Position numbers and translations under genes: made by a program. A stretch of 64,000 bases of DNA from Pirellulales bacterium. Lineage in GTDB: Bacteria; Planctomycetota; Planctomycetia; Pirellulales; JAICIG01. The DNA lies in NCBI GenBank assembly GCA_035531595.1, contig DATKSN010000082.1:20478-84477 (forward strand). The letters are read 5' to 3'. The notes beneath the pieces are model-generated. The model saw only the letters and a list, made by a program, of their open reading frames with translations, ran no database searches and was not told the origin of the DNA. The first letter of the stretch is position 1. The number at the start of each line of letters is the position of its first letter. Of this stretch, positions 45,912 through 55,036 are shown piece after piece.

Positions 45912-47105
45912 TCAGCTACTCGTCCGGTGGCGTTCGAGCAACAGCACCGAGGTGTCGTCATGCCGGCCGCCACCGGCGGTGAATGCTTGCGAATCTTCGA
46001 ACAGGGCGTCCAGGGTCGCGGTCAAGGGCAGGGCACGGCAGCGCTCGAGGGTCTGCTTGACGCCCGCCAGTCCAAACTGCCGGTGCTCGCCGCCGCCCGG
46101 CATCGCCTCGACAATACCGTCGGTATAGATCATCAGGCGGCAGGCGGCCGGTATTTCGCTGGTGACCGTCGCATATTCGGCGTCTTCGTAGACCGCGAGC
46201 GGCAATCCGCCGTCGTGCTCCGGGTCGCCCACTTCGACGATTTCGCCCGTATCGAGGTTTTGCAACAGGGGCAGGCAGTGTCCCGCGGATGTCCACCGCA
46301 AGATACCCCCTTGGAGCACCCCGTAGATCAGCGTGATGAACCCTCCTTGATCTTGAACGAGTTGCTGCCCGCACAGCCGGCGGTTGACCTGCGACACGAA
46401 TTCGTCGGGCGTGCCGTTCAGGTGTCCTTGGAGTTGGTCGATGAGAGTATGCATGCTCATGATCGCCATGCAGGCCTTGATGCCGTGGCCGGAGGCGTCG
46501 CCCACCAGGAACACCAGCTTTTCGCCGGCGAGCTGGAAGGCGTAGTAATAGTCGCCGCCGGCGAGCACCACCGGCTTGCCGCCGCTGACCTGAATTTGCG
46601 ACGGCTCGTAACGGGCGACGATCTCGTAGCCGGGCGGCGCGGACATGTCGCGCGGGATCATCGACTCTTGCAACTTGCGGACGCTGTCGATTTCGGATCG
46701 CAATTTTTCGGTCAACAGCCGCGCCTGCGCGGCCCGCTTGGCGGCCAAGGCCGACTCGAGTATCGCCTGCATCAGAAAGAGGTATTCTTTTGCCGGGTCG
46801 CGATAGACATGGGCGTCAACGCCATGGCTGATGAAACGCGACAGCGCATAGATCTCGCCCGGCCGCGCCGCGACGATCACCGGCGTGTCGGGCGAGATGT
46901 CACGCATCGCCTCGACGGCCGCGAACGACCGATCGCCGTCGGGAAACGTGACCGGAACCAGCACGACGTCGAAATCACCGACCCGGAGCGCCGCGACCAG
47001 CGCCTCCGGGTCGCGGACCAGCGTGACTTCGTTTTCGCCCGCCTCCAGGTACATGCTCAAGAGATCGATTTCGTCGGCGTCGTCCCAACCCACCAGCACC
47101 CGCAT
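45912..47105 (-). CDS. response-regulator receiver fused to PP2C/SpoIIE phosphatase
   Basis: The REC domain reads MRVLVGWDDADEIDLL...FDVVLVPVTFPDGD. The PP2C part has GGDYYYAF, VGDASGHGI and IYTDGIVEA. GGAGG precedes ATG at 47105. Confidence 0.85.
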   Translation of the reverse strand: MRVLVGWDDADEIDLLSMYLEAGENEVTLVRDPEALVAALRVGDFDVVLVPVTFPDGDRSFAAVEAMRDISPDTPVIVAARPGEIYALSRFISHGVDAHVYRDPAKEYLFLMQAILESALAAKRAAQARLLTEKLRSEIDSVRKLQESMIPRDMSAPPGYEIVARYEPSQIQVSGGKPVVLAGGDYYYAFQLAGEKLVFLVGDASGHGIKACMAIMSMHTLIDQLQGHLNGTPDEFVSQVNRRLCGQQLVQDQGGFITLIYGVLQGGILRWTSAGHCLPLLQNLDTGEIVEVGDPEHDGGLPLAVYEDAEYATVTSEIPAACRLMIYTDGIVEAMPGGGEHRQFGLAGVKQTLERCRALPLTATLDALFEDSQAFTAGGGRHDDTSVLLLERHRTSS

Positions 47106-47262
47106 GCGTTCCTCCCCCGGAGATTTGGATTTTCGTGGTTTTCCGCTTTGGTCAGCGTAGACCAGCTTGCGATCCAACGCAACCGGTTTTGGGCCGCGCA
47201 GGGGTTGTGGTGCCTTGGCGCGAACCGATAGTATATGCCTAGTCGCATCCCCGAGGAACAAC

Positions 47263-48432
47263 ATGATGACCGCGCACCGCTTCATCACGGGGCTCGCCGC
47301 CGTGGCCTGCTTCACCGGTTTCGCGCAGGCCGGCGAACCAGCCGGCTTTCGGATGAGCCTATTCAACGGACAAAACCTTGACGGCTGGCATGTGACCGGC
47401 TGCGAGGCGGCGGTCGAGAATGGCGCGGTGGTGCTCAAAGCAGGCAACGGATTCGTTCGCGCCGACCATGAATACGGCGATTTCGCGCTCGACCTCCAGT
47501 GGCGGGCGCGCAAGCCGACCGATTACGATTCGGGTGTCTACTTCCGGGCCGAGCCAGTCCCCAAGGGGAGTCCTTGGCCCAAGCGATACCAGGTCAACCT
47601 CCTCGAAGGCAAGGAAGGCAACGTCAACGGCCTGATCGGCGCCGAGAGTAGCGGCCTGGTGAAGGCGGGCGAGTGGAACCGGTTCAAGCTCACCGTCGTC
47701 GGGGAAACGGCGGAATTGGAGATCAACGGCCGCCGGGCTTGGCAAGTTTCCGGTGTCGAGGTCGGCCGTGGCCATATCGGGCTGCAAGCCGAGGTCGACA
47801 AAGGGGGGGAATTTGAATTTCGCGAGATTTACGTCACGGAGTTGGACCACCATTCGATCTTCAACGGCCGGGATCTGACGGGCTGGGAAGGGGGCGGCGC
47901 CGATGCGGCGGCCTGTTGGACCGTCGATGAGGGCGTGCTCCTCTGCACGGGCAAGCCCGGCCCGTGGTTGCGCGGCAAGGCGCAATACGGCGATTTCAAC
48001 CTGCGGCTGGAATACCTGCTGAAGCCGGGCGGTAATTCGGGCGTTTACGTGCGCGTGCCCGCCGACGGCGCGCACCAGGGGCGCGAGATGGCGAAGATGG
48101 CCGGCGGTGAGTTCAGCGGAGTCGAAGTGCAAATCCTCGACGACGCGTCCGACCGCTACCGCGATATTCAGCCCTACCAGTTCTGCGGCAGCGTTTACGC
48201 CATCGCACCGGCCTGGCGGCACGTCTGCCGGCCTCCCGGTCATTGGAACAGCCTCGAAATCGACTGCCGTTCGACGACGTACCGCGTGGTTCATAACGGC
48301 GTGGTGATCGTCACCGCCGCCGCGAATGAATTCCCCGAATTGAACCGGCGCGAAATCAAGGGGTTCCTCGGTTTGCAGAACCATAGCGAAGAGGTGCGGT
48401 TCCGCAACCTGCGCATCGCCGAGGCCCCCTGA
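47263..48432 (+). CDS. tandem DUF1080 (3-keto-disaccharide hydrolase-like) protein
   Basis: LFNGQNLDGWHVTG...YGDFALDLQWR and FNGRDLTGWEGGG...YGDFNLRLEYLLKPGGNSGVYVR show the two domains. A signal peptide is present. Confidence 0.8.
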   Translation: MMTAHRFITGLAAVACFTGFAQAGEPAGFRMSLFNGQNLDGWHVTGCEAAVENGAVVLKAGNGFVRADHEYGDFALDLQWRARKPTDYDSGVYFRAEPVPKGSPWPKRYQVNLLEGKEGNVNGLIGAESSGLVKAGEWNRFKLTVVGETAELEINGRRAWQVSGVEVGRGHIGLQAEVDKGGEFEFREIYVTELDHHSIFNGRDLTGWEGGGADAAACWTVDEGVLLCTGKPGPWLRGKAQYGDFNLRLEYLLKPGGNSGVYVRVPADGAHQGREMAKMAGGEFSGVEVQILDDASDRYRDIQPYQFCGSVYAIAPAWRHVCRPPGHWNSLEIDCRSTTYRVVHNGVVIVTAAANEFPELNRREIKGFLGLQNHSEEVRFRNLRIAEAP

Positions 48433-48463
48433 GCCGCAGCCCGCGCGAAGAGTTCGGGCTCGG

Positions 48464-48846
48464 TCATCGCTCCAAGATCGCCGTGCGCGTCCGCAAAAGG
48501 TGTTTGTATTCGGCCCGCATCTCGCCGGGCAATTCGGATCGCTCAACGAGCGCGACCGACCGCGCCAACGCCCGAACTTGGGCCGCCAGCAATCGCAGCG
48601 TTTCTCGCTCGGAAATGCCCGCGTAGTTACCGAAGTTCAGCCAGTTCCTACGCGTCAAGCGGTCCTTGCGGCCATCCACCGAGAGGGCAAGCTGATCGCC
48701 GCCATGTCGAGCGCGATCGAGGTCAGGCGGTGACGATCGAGGTCGAACTGGGGAAGCGAGGGCGCGCCGAACAATCGCTTCAGGCAGCGCCGATGGTAAG
48801 TCGACGCGCCGTCGGCGGGGGACAGGCAAATCAAGCACTTCGCCAT
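48464..48846 (-). pseudogene. internally deleted, frameshifted HipA-family kinase toxin
   Basis: The N-terminal MAKCLICLSPADGASTYHRRCLKRLFGAPSLPQFDLD is fused out of frame to the C-terminal LALSVDGRKDRLTRRNWLNFGNYAGISERETLRLL...SELPGEMRAEYKHLL. The kinase core is absent. Confidence 0.55.
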
Positions 48847-48942
48847 GCGCCTTCTCACCGCCTCATGTCGAGGGGCCGGACTTCGACGGCGCCGATGCAA
48901 TCACCGCAGGTGCCTAACAGCAGGCCGAAGGAGTCGCCGTTG

Positions 48943-48966
48943 CGTCACGAGAAAGTGGTGGCTGTG
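48943..48966 (-). repeat. PAL-A remnant
   Basis: GTCACGAGAAAGTGGTGGCTGTGA matches the CACGAGAAGGTGGTGGCTGG segment of PAL-A. Confidence 0.5.
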
Positions 48967-49067
48967 AAGGGCCGTGAAGCATACCGGTTGCCGCCGCCCC
49001 CGGACGCATGGTAAAGTAGGCTCGCGGACAAAAATTTTCTTTGAACCCGTATTCCTGTTGTTTATCC

Positions 49068-50705
49068 ATGCCATCCGCGCAGTCCGTGTTCCGCGTGGTT
49101 CTTGTTGTCTTATTCTCCAACGGCGTTCGTCCCGCGGCGGGCGACCGCGTGCGCGAGTTGCAGACCAAGGCGATCGCCGAGAAACGCGCCGACTGGGGGC
49201 ATTGGGGCTATCGGCCTGAAACCTACGCCGGTTGGACCAGGCACACCAATCGCCTCATTCCGATTTACACCTTCGGACTTTCGCTCGACCCCGTGGCGGG
49301 CGGCAATAGCGTCTACCGCGATCCTGCGAGGCTGCGCGAGCTATACGGCCGCCTGCCCGAGGCGACGCACAACCCCGCCGCCGAATACTTCGACCAGACC
49401 GGCGTCTACGAGTTGCAGCGATCGGCCGTCGCCGCCGGCAAGAAGTACATCGTGCTCTTGATTTTCGACGGCATGGATTGGCAAACCACCCAGGCCGCGG
49501 CGATTCACGCATCGGGCCGCGCCGGCTACCGCGAAGGTCGAGGCGCCGGACTGGCCTTTCAGGACTATCGCGGCGTCGCCACCGATTTCGGGTTTTTCGT
49601 CACCAGCCCCCACAATGACGGCACCGAGTTCGACGTCGACGCGCAAATCGTCAAGACGCCCGGCGGCAAGCTGCGCGGCGGTTACGACGCGAAACTGGGC
49701 GGTCCGACGCCCTGGACACCCGGCGGCGATCCGGCGTACTTGGCGGGTAAATCGGAAAGTCGCAAGCAAGCGGTGACCGATTCGGCCGCTTCGGCCACTT
49801 CGATGAACTCCGGTATCAAGACCTACAACGACGCGATCAACGTCGACGCGGAGGGAAGGCAAGTCGTTCCCCTGGCGCGCCAACTGCAGATCCGCGGGAT
49901 GGCGGTCGGCGTCGTCACCAGCGTGCCCATCAGCCACGCCACGCCGGCCTGCGCCTACGCCAACAACGTCTCGCGCGACGACTTCCATGACTTGACCCGC
50001 GACCTGGTCGGCCTGGCCTCGATCGCCCACCGCGACGAACCGTTGCCTGGGGTTGACGTGCTCTTGGGGTGCGGCGCCGCGGAGGAAACCGCCGCTTACA
50101 CGGCAATGCACCCCGGCCTCGTCGAGCAAGGGAGCAACTACGTGCCAGGCAATCGTTACATCACGGCCGCCGACCTGAAGCGGATCGATGCGGTCCAGGG
50201 GGGAAAGTATCAGGTGGCCCGGCGCGCGGCCGGCGTCAACGGAGCGAAGTTGCTGGCGGCCGCTTCGCGCGAGGCGGTCGAGAAGGGGCGCCGGTTATTC
50301 GGTTTTTTTGGTGTATCCTCCGGGCATCTGCCTTTCCAGACGGCCGACGGCGGCTACGATCCGGCGCCGGGCGTCGCCGGGACGGCCGAGACGTACAGCC
50401 TGGCCGAGATCGAGGAAAACCCGACCCTGGCCGACATGACTCGCGCCGCCTTGACCGTGCTCGAAACCGACCCCGATGGTTTCAGGTTGATGGTCGAGGC
50501 GGGCGACGTCGATTGGGCCAATCACGACGACAATCTCGACAATTCGATCGGCGCGGTGCTCAGCGGCGAGGCCGCCTTCCGGGCGATCGTCGAGTGGGTG
50601 GAAGCGCGAGACGGCTGGGATGAAACCGCCGTGATCGTCACCGCCGACCACGGGCATTATCTCGTGCTCCAGCGGCCCGAAACGCTGGTTGAAGAGGAAA
50701 AATGA
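49068..50705 (+). CDS. alkaline phosphatase family protein
   Basis: The PhoA active-site region is VTDSAASATSMNSGIKTYN. It also has LIFDGMDW and VTADHGH. The start is ATG at 49068, or TTG at 49041. Confidence 0.8.
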   Translation: MPSAQSVFRVVLVVLFSNGVRPAAGDRVRELQTKAIAEKRADWGHWGYRPETYAGWTRHTNRLIPIYTFGLSLDPVAGGNSVYRDPARLRELYGRLPEATHNPAAEYFDQTGVYELQRSAVAAGKKYIVLLIFDGMDWQTTQAAAIHASGRAGYREGRGAGLAFQDYRGVATDFGFFVTSPHNDGTEFDVDAQIVKTPGGKLRGGYDAKLGGPTPWTPGGDPAYLAGKSESRKQAVTDSAASATSMNSGIKTYNDAINVDAEGRQVVPLARQLQIRGMAVGVVTSVPISHATPACAYANNVSRDDFHDLTRDLVGLASIAHRDEPLPGVDVLLGCGAAEETAAYTAMHPGLVEQGSNYVPGNRYITAADLKRIDAVQGGKYQVARRAAGVNGAKLLAAASREAVEKGRRLFGFFGVSSGHLPFQTADGGYDPAPGVAGTAETYSLAEIEENPTLADMTRAALTVLETDPDGFRLMVEAGDVDWANHDDNLDNSIGAVLSGEAAFRAIVEWVEARDGWDETAVIVTADHGHYLVLQRPETLVEEEK

Positions 50706-50711
50706 GTGTAC

Positions 50712-50773
50712 AATAACCCGCGGCGCAAGCAAGGCGCGTAACTACTTGCCTTGCTTGCGCCGCGGGTTAGTGT
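50712..50773. repeat. PAL-W hairpin (terminator-like), copy 3
   Basis: AACCCGCGGCGCAAGCAAGG ... CCTTGCTTGCGCCGCGGGTT starts 7 nt after the phosphatase stop. Confidence 0.85.
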
Positions 50774-50840
50774 CGAAGCGAACCGCTCGCAGGATATAAC
50801 AGAGACGGAATAGGATCGGGAACGAAAATGGAACGAAGCC

Positions 50841-51068
50841 GTGAACGTGATTGAAGCGATCTACCATAATGGCATCTTTGAGCCGATCGGCCCCATCGAC
50901 TTGCCGGAGAACCAGCGCGTACACCTCAGCGTGCAGCCCATCGAGGTTGTCGACGCGCTGGCCTGGCTGAAGCGGACGCGGAATTTGCGCGCTCGCATGA
51001 TGGAGCGACATGGGTTGTTTCCAGACAGCACTCCCGACATTGCCGCCGACAGGCTCCGTGATGAATGA
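50841..51068 (+). CDS. DUF104-type antitoxin-like protein
   Basis: From a GTG start the sequence reads VNVIEAIYHNGIFEPIGPIDLPENQRVHLSV, which matches the DUF104 pattern. Confidence 0.7.
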   Translation: MNVIEAIYHNGIFEPIGPIDLPENQRVHLSVQPIEVVDALAWLKRTRNLRARMMERHGLFPDSTPDIAADRLRDE

Positions 51069-51339
51069 CATCGTGCTCGACAGCAGGGAACAGGTTGTTA
51101 GCCAAAAATTGGAGCGGTCAGAAATGCCCATTGAACTTTCGCCGTCGCTTGACCCTTACCCGGAGTATGCTGCGCTCGTCCGCGGCACCGAAGGGGCCCT
51201 CGGTGCCGTGCTCCCTCCGACGGCTCAAGCCGTTTGGGACGTACGCGAGATCCCCACGGGAAAACAATCTCTTGTGCTCGCGTTGACTGATCCTTGGTGC
51301 TTTGCCCGACAGCCGCCAGTGGTTCTTCACCCGGGATAA
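51061..51339 (+). CDS. hypothetical protein overlapping the DUF104 stop (not PIN-like)
   Basis: ATG at 51061 overlaps the DUF104 gene by 8 nt. The 92-aa protein starts MNDIVLDSREQVVSQKLERSEMPIELSPSLDPYPEY. I recognised no motif. Confidence 0.4.
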   Translation: MNDIVLDSREQVVSQKLERSEMPIELSPSLDPYPEYAALVRGTEGALGAVLPPTAQAVWDVREIPTGKQSLVLALTDPWCFARQPPVVLHPG

Positions 51340-51394
51340 CGTCCGAAACTCCGAACTCGGAGTAGTTGCGCAAGGCGATGCCAAGCTGCTTCAG

Positions 51395-51514
51395 TCAGTT
51401 CGTACTTTGGGCTCGCCGCGCCCGTTCCCGGGCGCGGCCGACGGCGCCGCCGACTTCGTAGGTGACGATCCAGGCGACCAACAAGTGCAAGGCGACGATC
51501 AAAAAGCGTTTCAT
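51395..51514 (-). CDS. possible small membrane protein (39 aa)
   Basis: The sequence is MKRFLIVALHLLVAWIVTYEVGGAVGRARERARRAQSTN. GAGG lies about 14 nt upstream, which is weak support. Confidence 0.2.
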   Translation of the reverse strand: MKRFLIVALHLLVAWIVTYEVGGAVGRARERARRAQSTN

Positions 51515-51649
51515 CGACGTTTGTCCAACCTCATGGGCGGAAGCCCAAACTCGCGTTATTTGTTGGCCCGAGCGTTAGTACGTTTCGTCGTGTGCAAGTG
51601 TTCGCTCCAACGTCGAAAAAGAAAGCTACGTAGGGTGGGCGGAGCGATG

Positions 51650-52327
51650 TCATCGGCTGAGGACCGTCCGCGGCGGGCCGCTGGCCGCGACCCGACCTTG
51701 ATCCAGCACCACGACCCAATCGGCCAGGCGAGTGACCTCGGCTGCGCCGTGGCTGACGTACACCGCCGGAATCCGCCATTCGCCGACGACGCGTTCCAAG
51801 TACGTCAGAATCCGGTCCTTCAGGGCGTCGTCGAGCGCGGCCAACGGCTCGTCGAGCAATAGCAACTCGGGCCCTGCCAAGAGCGAGCGCCCCAAGGCCA
51901 CCCGTTGCCGCTCGCCGCCCGACAAGTTGCGCGGATAGCGGCCAAGCAACTCATTCAGTTCAAGCACCTCGACGACCCGGCCGAATTCGATCGCCTCGGC
52001 GGCCGGTGGCCTGCGGCGCTCGCCGTAGCGCAGGTTGTCGCGCACCGAAAGGTGCGGAAATAAGAGTTGGTCCTGGAACACCAGCCCGACGCGCCGCCGC
52101 TCGATCGGCGTGCAATGGCCGGCCGCCGTGTCGACCAGCGTCCGCTCGCCCAAGCGAATGAGTCCGCTGTCGGGCGCGTAAAGCCCGGCGATCAGCATCA
52201 AGACGCTCGTCTTCCCGCTGCCCGAGGGACCAAAGAGCGCGGTCACACTCCGATCGGTATCGAACGCGACGTCGAGCTGAAAACCGCCGGCATGCCGGTG
52301 CCGGCAGCGGAAACTAAGCGGACTCAC
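51650..52327 (-). CDS. modC: molybdate ABC transporter ATP-binding protein (short, no TOBE domain)
   Basis: GPSGSGKTS, LSGGERQRVALGRSL and LLLDEPLAALD are the ABC motifs. GTG at 52327 overlaps the modB stop region. The protein is 225 aa. Confidence 0.85.
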   Translation of the reverse strand: MSPLSFRCRHRHAGGFQLDVAFDTDRSVTALFGPSGSGKTSVLMLIAGLYAPDSGLIRLGERTLVDTAAGHCTPIERRRVGLVFQDQLLFPHLSVRDNLRYGERRRPPAAEAIEFGRVVEVLELNELLGRYPRNLSGGERQRVALGRSLLAGPELLLLDEPLAALDDALKDRILTYLERVVGEWRIPAVYVSHGAAEVTRLADWVVVLDQGRVAASGPPRTVLSR

Positions 52328-53018
52328 GCAACGTCTGCTTTCGCTCGAGGAACTCGCTGACCGCCAACGCCCCGCATGCCAAGACAATCGACAGGACGAC
52401 CAGCCGCCAACAGCGTTCCACGCCTCCCGGCTGCCCCACCAGACTGTAGATGGCCAAAGGAATCGTCTGCTGATCTTCGAGGGTGCCGAGCACCATGATC
52501 GTGGCCCCAAACTCGCCCAGGCCACGCGCGAACGCCAGCACGCAGCCGGCGACGATGCCTCGCCGCGCCAGCGGCACGCTGATGGAGAAGAACGCGTCGA
52601 ACCGTCCGGCGCCCAGGCCGCGGGCGGCCATTTCCAGCCGCCGGTCGACGCCCTGGAACGCCAGCCGAATCGAGCGAACCATCAAGGGAAAGCTGACGAC
52701 GGCCGCGGCGACCGCGGCCGCGCGCCAGGTGAACACCAGCCGCACGCCGAACTCCTCGTGGAAAAGCCGGCCGACGGGCCCCCGCGGACCCAGGCACCAT
52801 AACAACAGGTAGCCCGTCACCACCGGTGGAAGCACCAGCGGCAGATCAACCAGCACCTGCGCACACCCGTGCAGCGCCCGCAGCGGCCAGCGCGTCGTCG
52901 CCGTGCCGCGCGCCAGGCCATAGCCCACGGCCAACGCGGCCGGCAGGCTGGCCCCCACGGCGCACAGCCCGACCAGAACGCTTAATCGCAGCGCGGACCA
53001 TTCTTCGGGCGACAGCAT
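52314..53018 (-). CDS. modB: molybdate ABC transporter permease
   Basis: The ModB-like permease has the EAA-loop region MAARGLGAGRFDAFFSISVPLARRG. Confidence 0.9.
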   Translation of the reverse strand: MLSPEEWSALRLSVLVGLCAVGASLPAALAVGYGLARGTATTRWPLRALHGCAQVLVDLPLVLPPVVTGYLLLWCLGPRGPVGRLFHEEFGVRLVFTWRAAAVAAAVVSFPLMVRSIRLAFQGVDRRLEMAARGLGAGRFDAFFSISVPLARRGIVAGCVLAFARGLGEFGATIMVLGTLEDQQTIPLAIYSLVGQPGGVERCWRLVVLSIVLACGALAVSEFLERKQTLRESA

Positions 53019-53082
53019 GAATCGACCACAGTTGGGTTGGTGGGCATGGAGCGTGGGCTTTAGCGCTTTAGCCCGCGTTCGT

Positions 53083-53103
53083 GGTGGGCGGTGCCCACCC
53101 TAC
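53083..53103. repeat. PAL-G palindrome GGTGGGCGGTGCCCACCCTAC
   Basis: It overlaps the modA stop region. Confidence 0.85.
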
Positions 53104-53915
53104 GGCGTTTTCAAACTCTCATTCGCCAAGAACTCGAACCCGTGTCGCTCGAAGATTTTCGCGGCCTGGCCTGATTGCAGGAACTCGAACAGCGCCCGGG
53201 CCAGCGGTTTGTCGCGGCCCGCTTCGAGCAACACCAATGGGTAGACGATCGGCTCGGTCAGATCGCGATCGAATTCAAAGGCCACGCGCACGCGGGTCGA
53301 CACGGCCGCGTCGGTCGCATAGACCACGCCCGCGTCGGCGCTATCCATCTCGACGAAGGCCAGCGCCCGCCGCGCGTCGGGCGCTCCGACCACTTTCGAC
53401 TTCAACCGCTCCCAGAGATCCAGCTTCGTCAGCGCTCGTTTGGCATAGCGGCCCACCGGCACGGCCCGCGGATCGCCCAGGGCGATTCGCTCGATGTCAT
53501 CGGCCAACAAATCCTCCGGCGCCTTGGGCACGCCTTGGGAGCCCGCCGGCACGATCAACACAAGGCGGTTGCCCAGCAGCGGACATTGGTCGGCGGCCAG
53601 CCGCTTTTCCGACAGGAACCGCGCCCACGCTTCGTCGGCGGAAAGAAACAACTCCCCTTCGGCGCCGGCGGCGAGTTGCTGGGCCAGCGTCGACGAGGCG
53701 GAAAAGCTCGCCCGCACCCGGGCGCCGGCGTGCTCCCGTTCAAAGGCGGCGATCAATTCCAGCACGGGTTCACGGGTGCTGGCCGCCGCGAAGAACACCA
53801 AGTTTTCGGTTGCTGGCGTCTCGGCCACGACGGGTGTTTGCCTTTCCGGCGCGCCGCACCCACCGGCGAGCGTGGCGGCCAGTAAGCCTCCCAGCAAGTT
53901 CCGACCACGCATCAT
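53100..53915 (-). CDS. modA: molybdate ABC transporter substrate-binding protein
   Basis: The lipobox-like N-terminus is LAATLAGGCGA. LVFFAAASTREPVLELIAAFE and FSASSTLAQQL are the ModA pattern. Confidence 0.9.
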   Translation of the reverse strand: MMRGRNLLGGLLAATLAGGCGAPERQTPVVAETPATENLVFFAAASTREPVLELIAAFEREHAGARVRASFSASSTLAQQLAAGAEGELFLSADEAWARFLSEKRLAADQCPLLGNRLVLIVPAGSQGVPKAPEDLLADDIERIALGDPRAVPVGRYAKRALTKLDLWERLKSKVVGAPDARRALAFVEMDSADAGVVYATDAAVSTRVRVAFEFDRDLTEPIVYPLVLLEAGRDKPLARALFEFLQSGQAAKIFERHGFEFLANESLKTP

Positions 53916-54059
53916 CGTCAGTCCCCACTGAAGTGGCCCCAACCCGTTGTATAAAGGTGGATAGCGCCGGCGTCAACGGCCTTATTGTGGGCTTGACGGC
54001 TTCAGCGAAAAAGCGGACAAATCGGAAAGAAGGCGTAGGATGCGAAGATGGGACGGACT

Positions 54060-54148
54060 CTGTAGGGAACGCCCTCCGTGGCGTTCCGAGAAGCGGATGC
54101 GACGTCGTCGGGCAGGACACGGAACGCCACAGAGGGCGTTCCCTACAG
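54060..54148. repeat. PAL-Y double-hairpin palindrome, copy 2
   Basis: The sequence is CTGTAGGGAACGCCCTCCGTGGCGTTCCG ... CGGAACGCCACAGAGGGCGTTCCCTACAG. Confidence 0.9.
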
Positions 54149-54224
54149 AACCCAATGCGACGATCCTAGCCTTTAATCGTGTCAGTCGTTATTTATCGAC
54201 CGCCCGTTACCCTGAGCGTGGGCG

Positions 54225-55013
54225 ATGGTTCATCATCTCCGCGGACCACATCTTGACCTGCTGCCGGCTTTGTTGATCGTCGGTTGCTTATCAACCACCG
54301 CCCATGGCCAGCGCGATCGGGAGGAACCACCGGACGCTGTTCGCAGGGTGCGGGCCAGCCTGGAGTTGCTCGACGGCGTGACGGATTACCAGTGTACGCT
54401 GCAAAAGCGTGAACGGATCCGTGGTAAGCTGAGCGAACGCGAGTCGATGAAGTTGCGACTGAGGCACGAACCGTTCAGCGTATATGTCCGATACCAACTT
54501 CCCAAACGGCTGGACGGGCAAGAGGTTCTGTATGTCGACGGTCGCAACGACGGTAAGATGCTGGCCCATCCGGCCGGACTGAGGGGAAGAATCGTCGGCA
54601 CCGTGGCCCTCAAGACGACGGGCCGCATCGCCATGGAAGGCAATCGATATCCGATCACCGAGCTGGGGGTGAGGCGAATGGCCGAAAGCTGGCTCCGAGA
54701 GTACCAGCGAGATTCAAAGCTCGTCCCCTGTGACACCCGCGCTCTGCAGGGCGCCAAAATCAATGGCCGACCAAGCACCTGTCTCGAAGCCGTGCGGCGG
54801 AAACGCCACCGCGAGGCGCCGTTTCAGCAAACCAATCTCTTCATTGACGACGAGCTCGGCCTGCCCGTCCGCTACGAAGCCTACGAATGGCCCACCGACC
54901 CGAGCGGAAAGCCGCTCCTGGCCGAGGAGTACAGCTACCTCGAACTGCGACTCGACAACGGCTTTACCGACGCCGACTTCGATGAAAGCAACCGCGAGTA
55001 CGGCTTCCGCTAG
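54225..55013 (+). CDS. secreted protein, DUF1571-like (family assignment tentative)
   Basis: It has a signal-like N-terminus. The pattern YQCTLQKRERIRGKL...MKLRLRHEPFSVYVRY...YVDGRNDGKMLAHP resembles DUF1571 proteins as I remember them. Confidence 0.6.
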   Translation: MVHHLRGPHLDLLPALLIVGCLSTTAHGQRDREEPPDAVRRVRASLELLDGVTDYQCTLQKRERIRGKLSERESMKLRLRHEPFSVYVRYQLPKRLDGQEVLYVDGRNDGKMLAHPAGLRGRIVGTVALKTTGRIAMEGNRYPITELGVRRMAESWLREYQRDSKLVPCDTRALQGAKINGRPSTCLEAVRRKRHREAPFQQTNLFIDDELGLPVRYEAYEWPTDPSGKPLLAEEYSYLELRLDNGFTDADFDESNREYGFR

Positions 55014-55036
55014 CCCGATAGCCCCGCTAGCCCACC

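Noticed and set aside
53916-54059. A Moco riboswitch upstream of modA.
   Set aside because: The position is plausible, but I could not recognise the conserved Moco-motif helices by eye. The region is dominated by the PAL-Y repeat further upstream.
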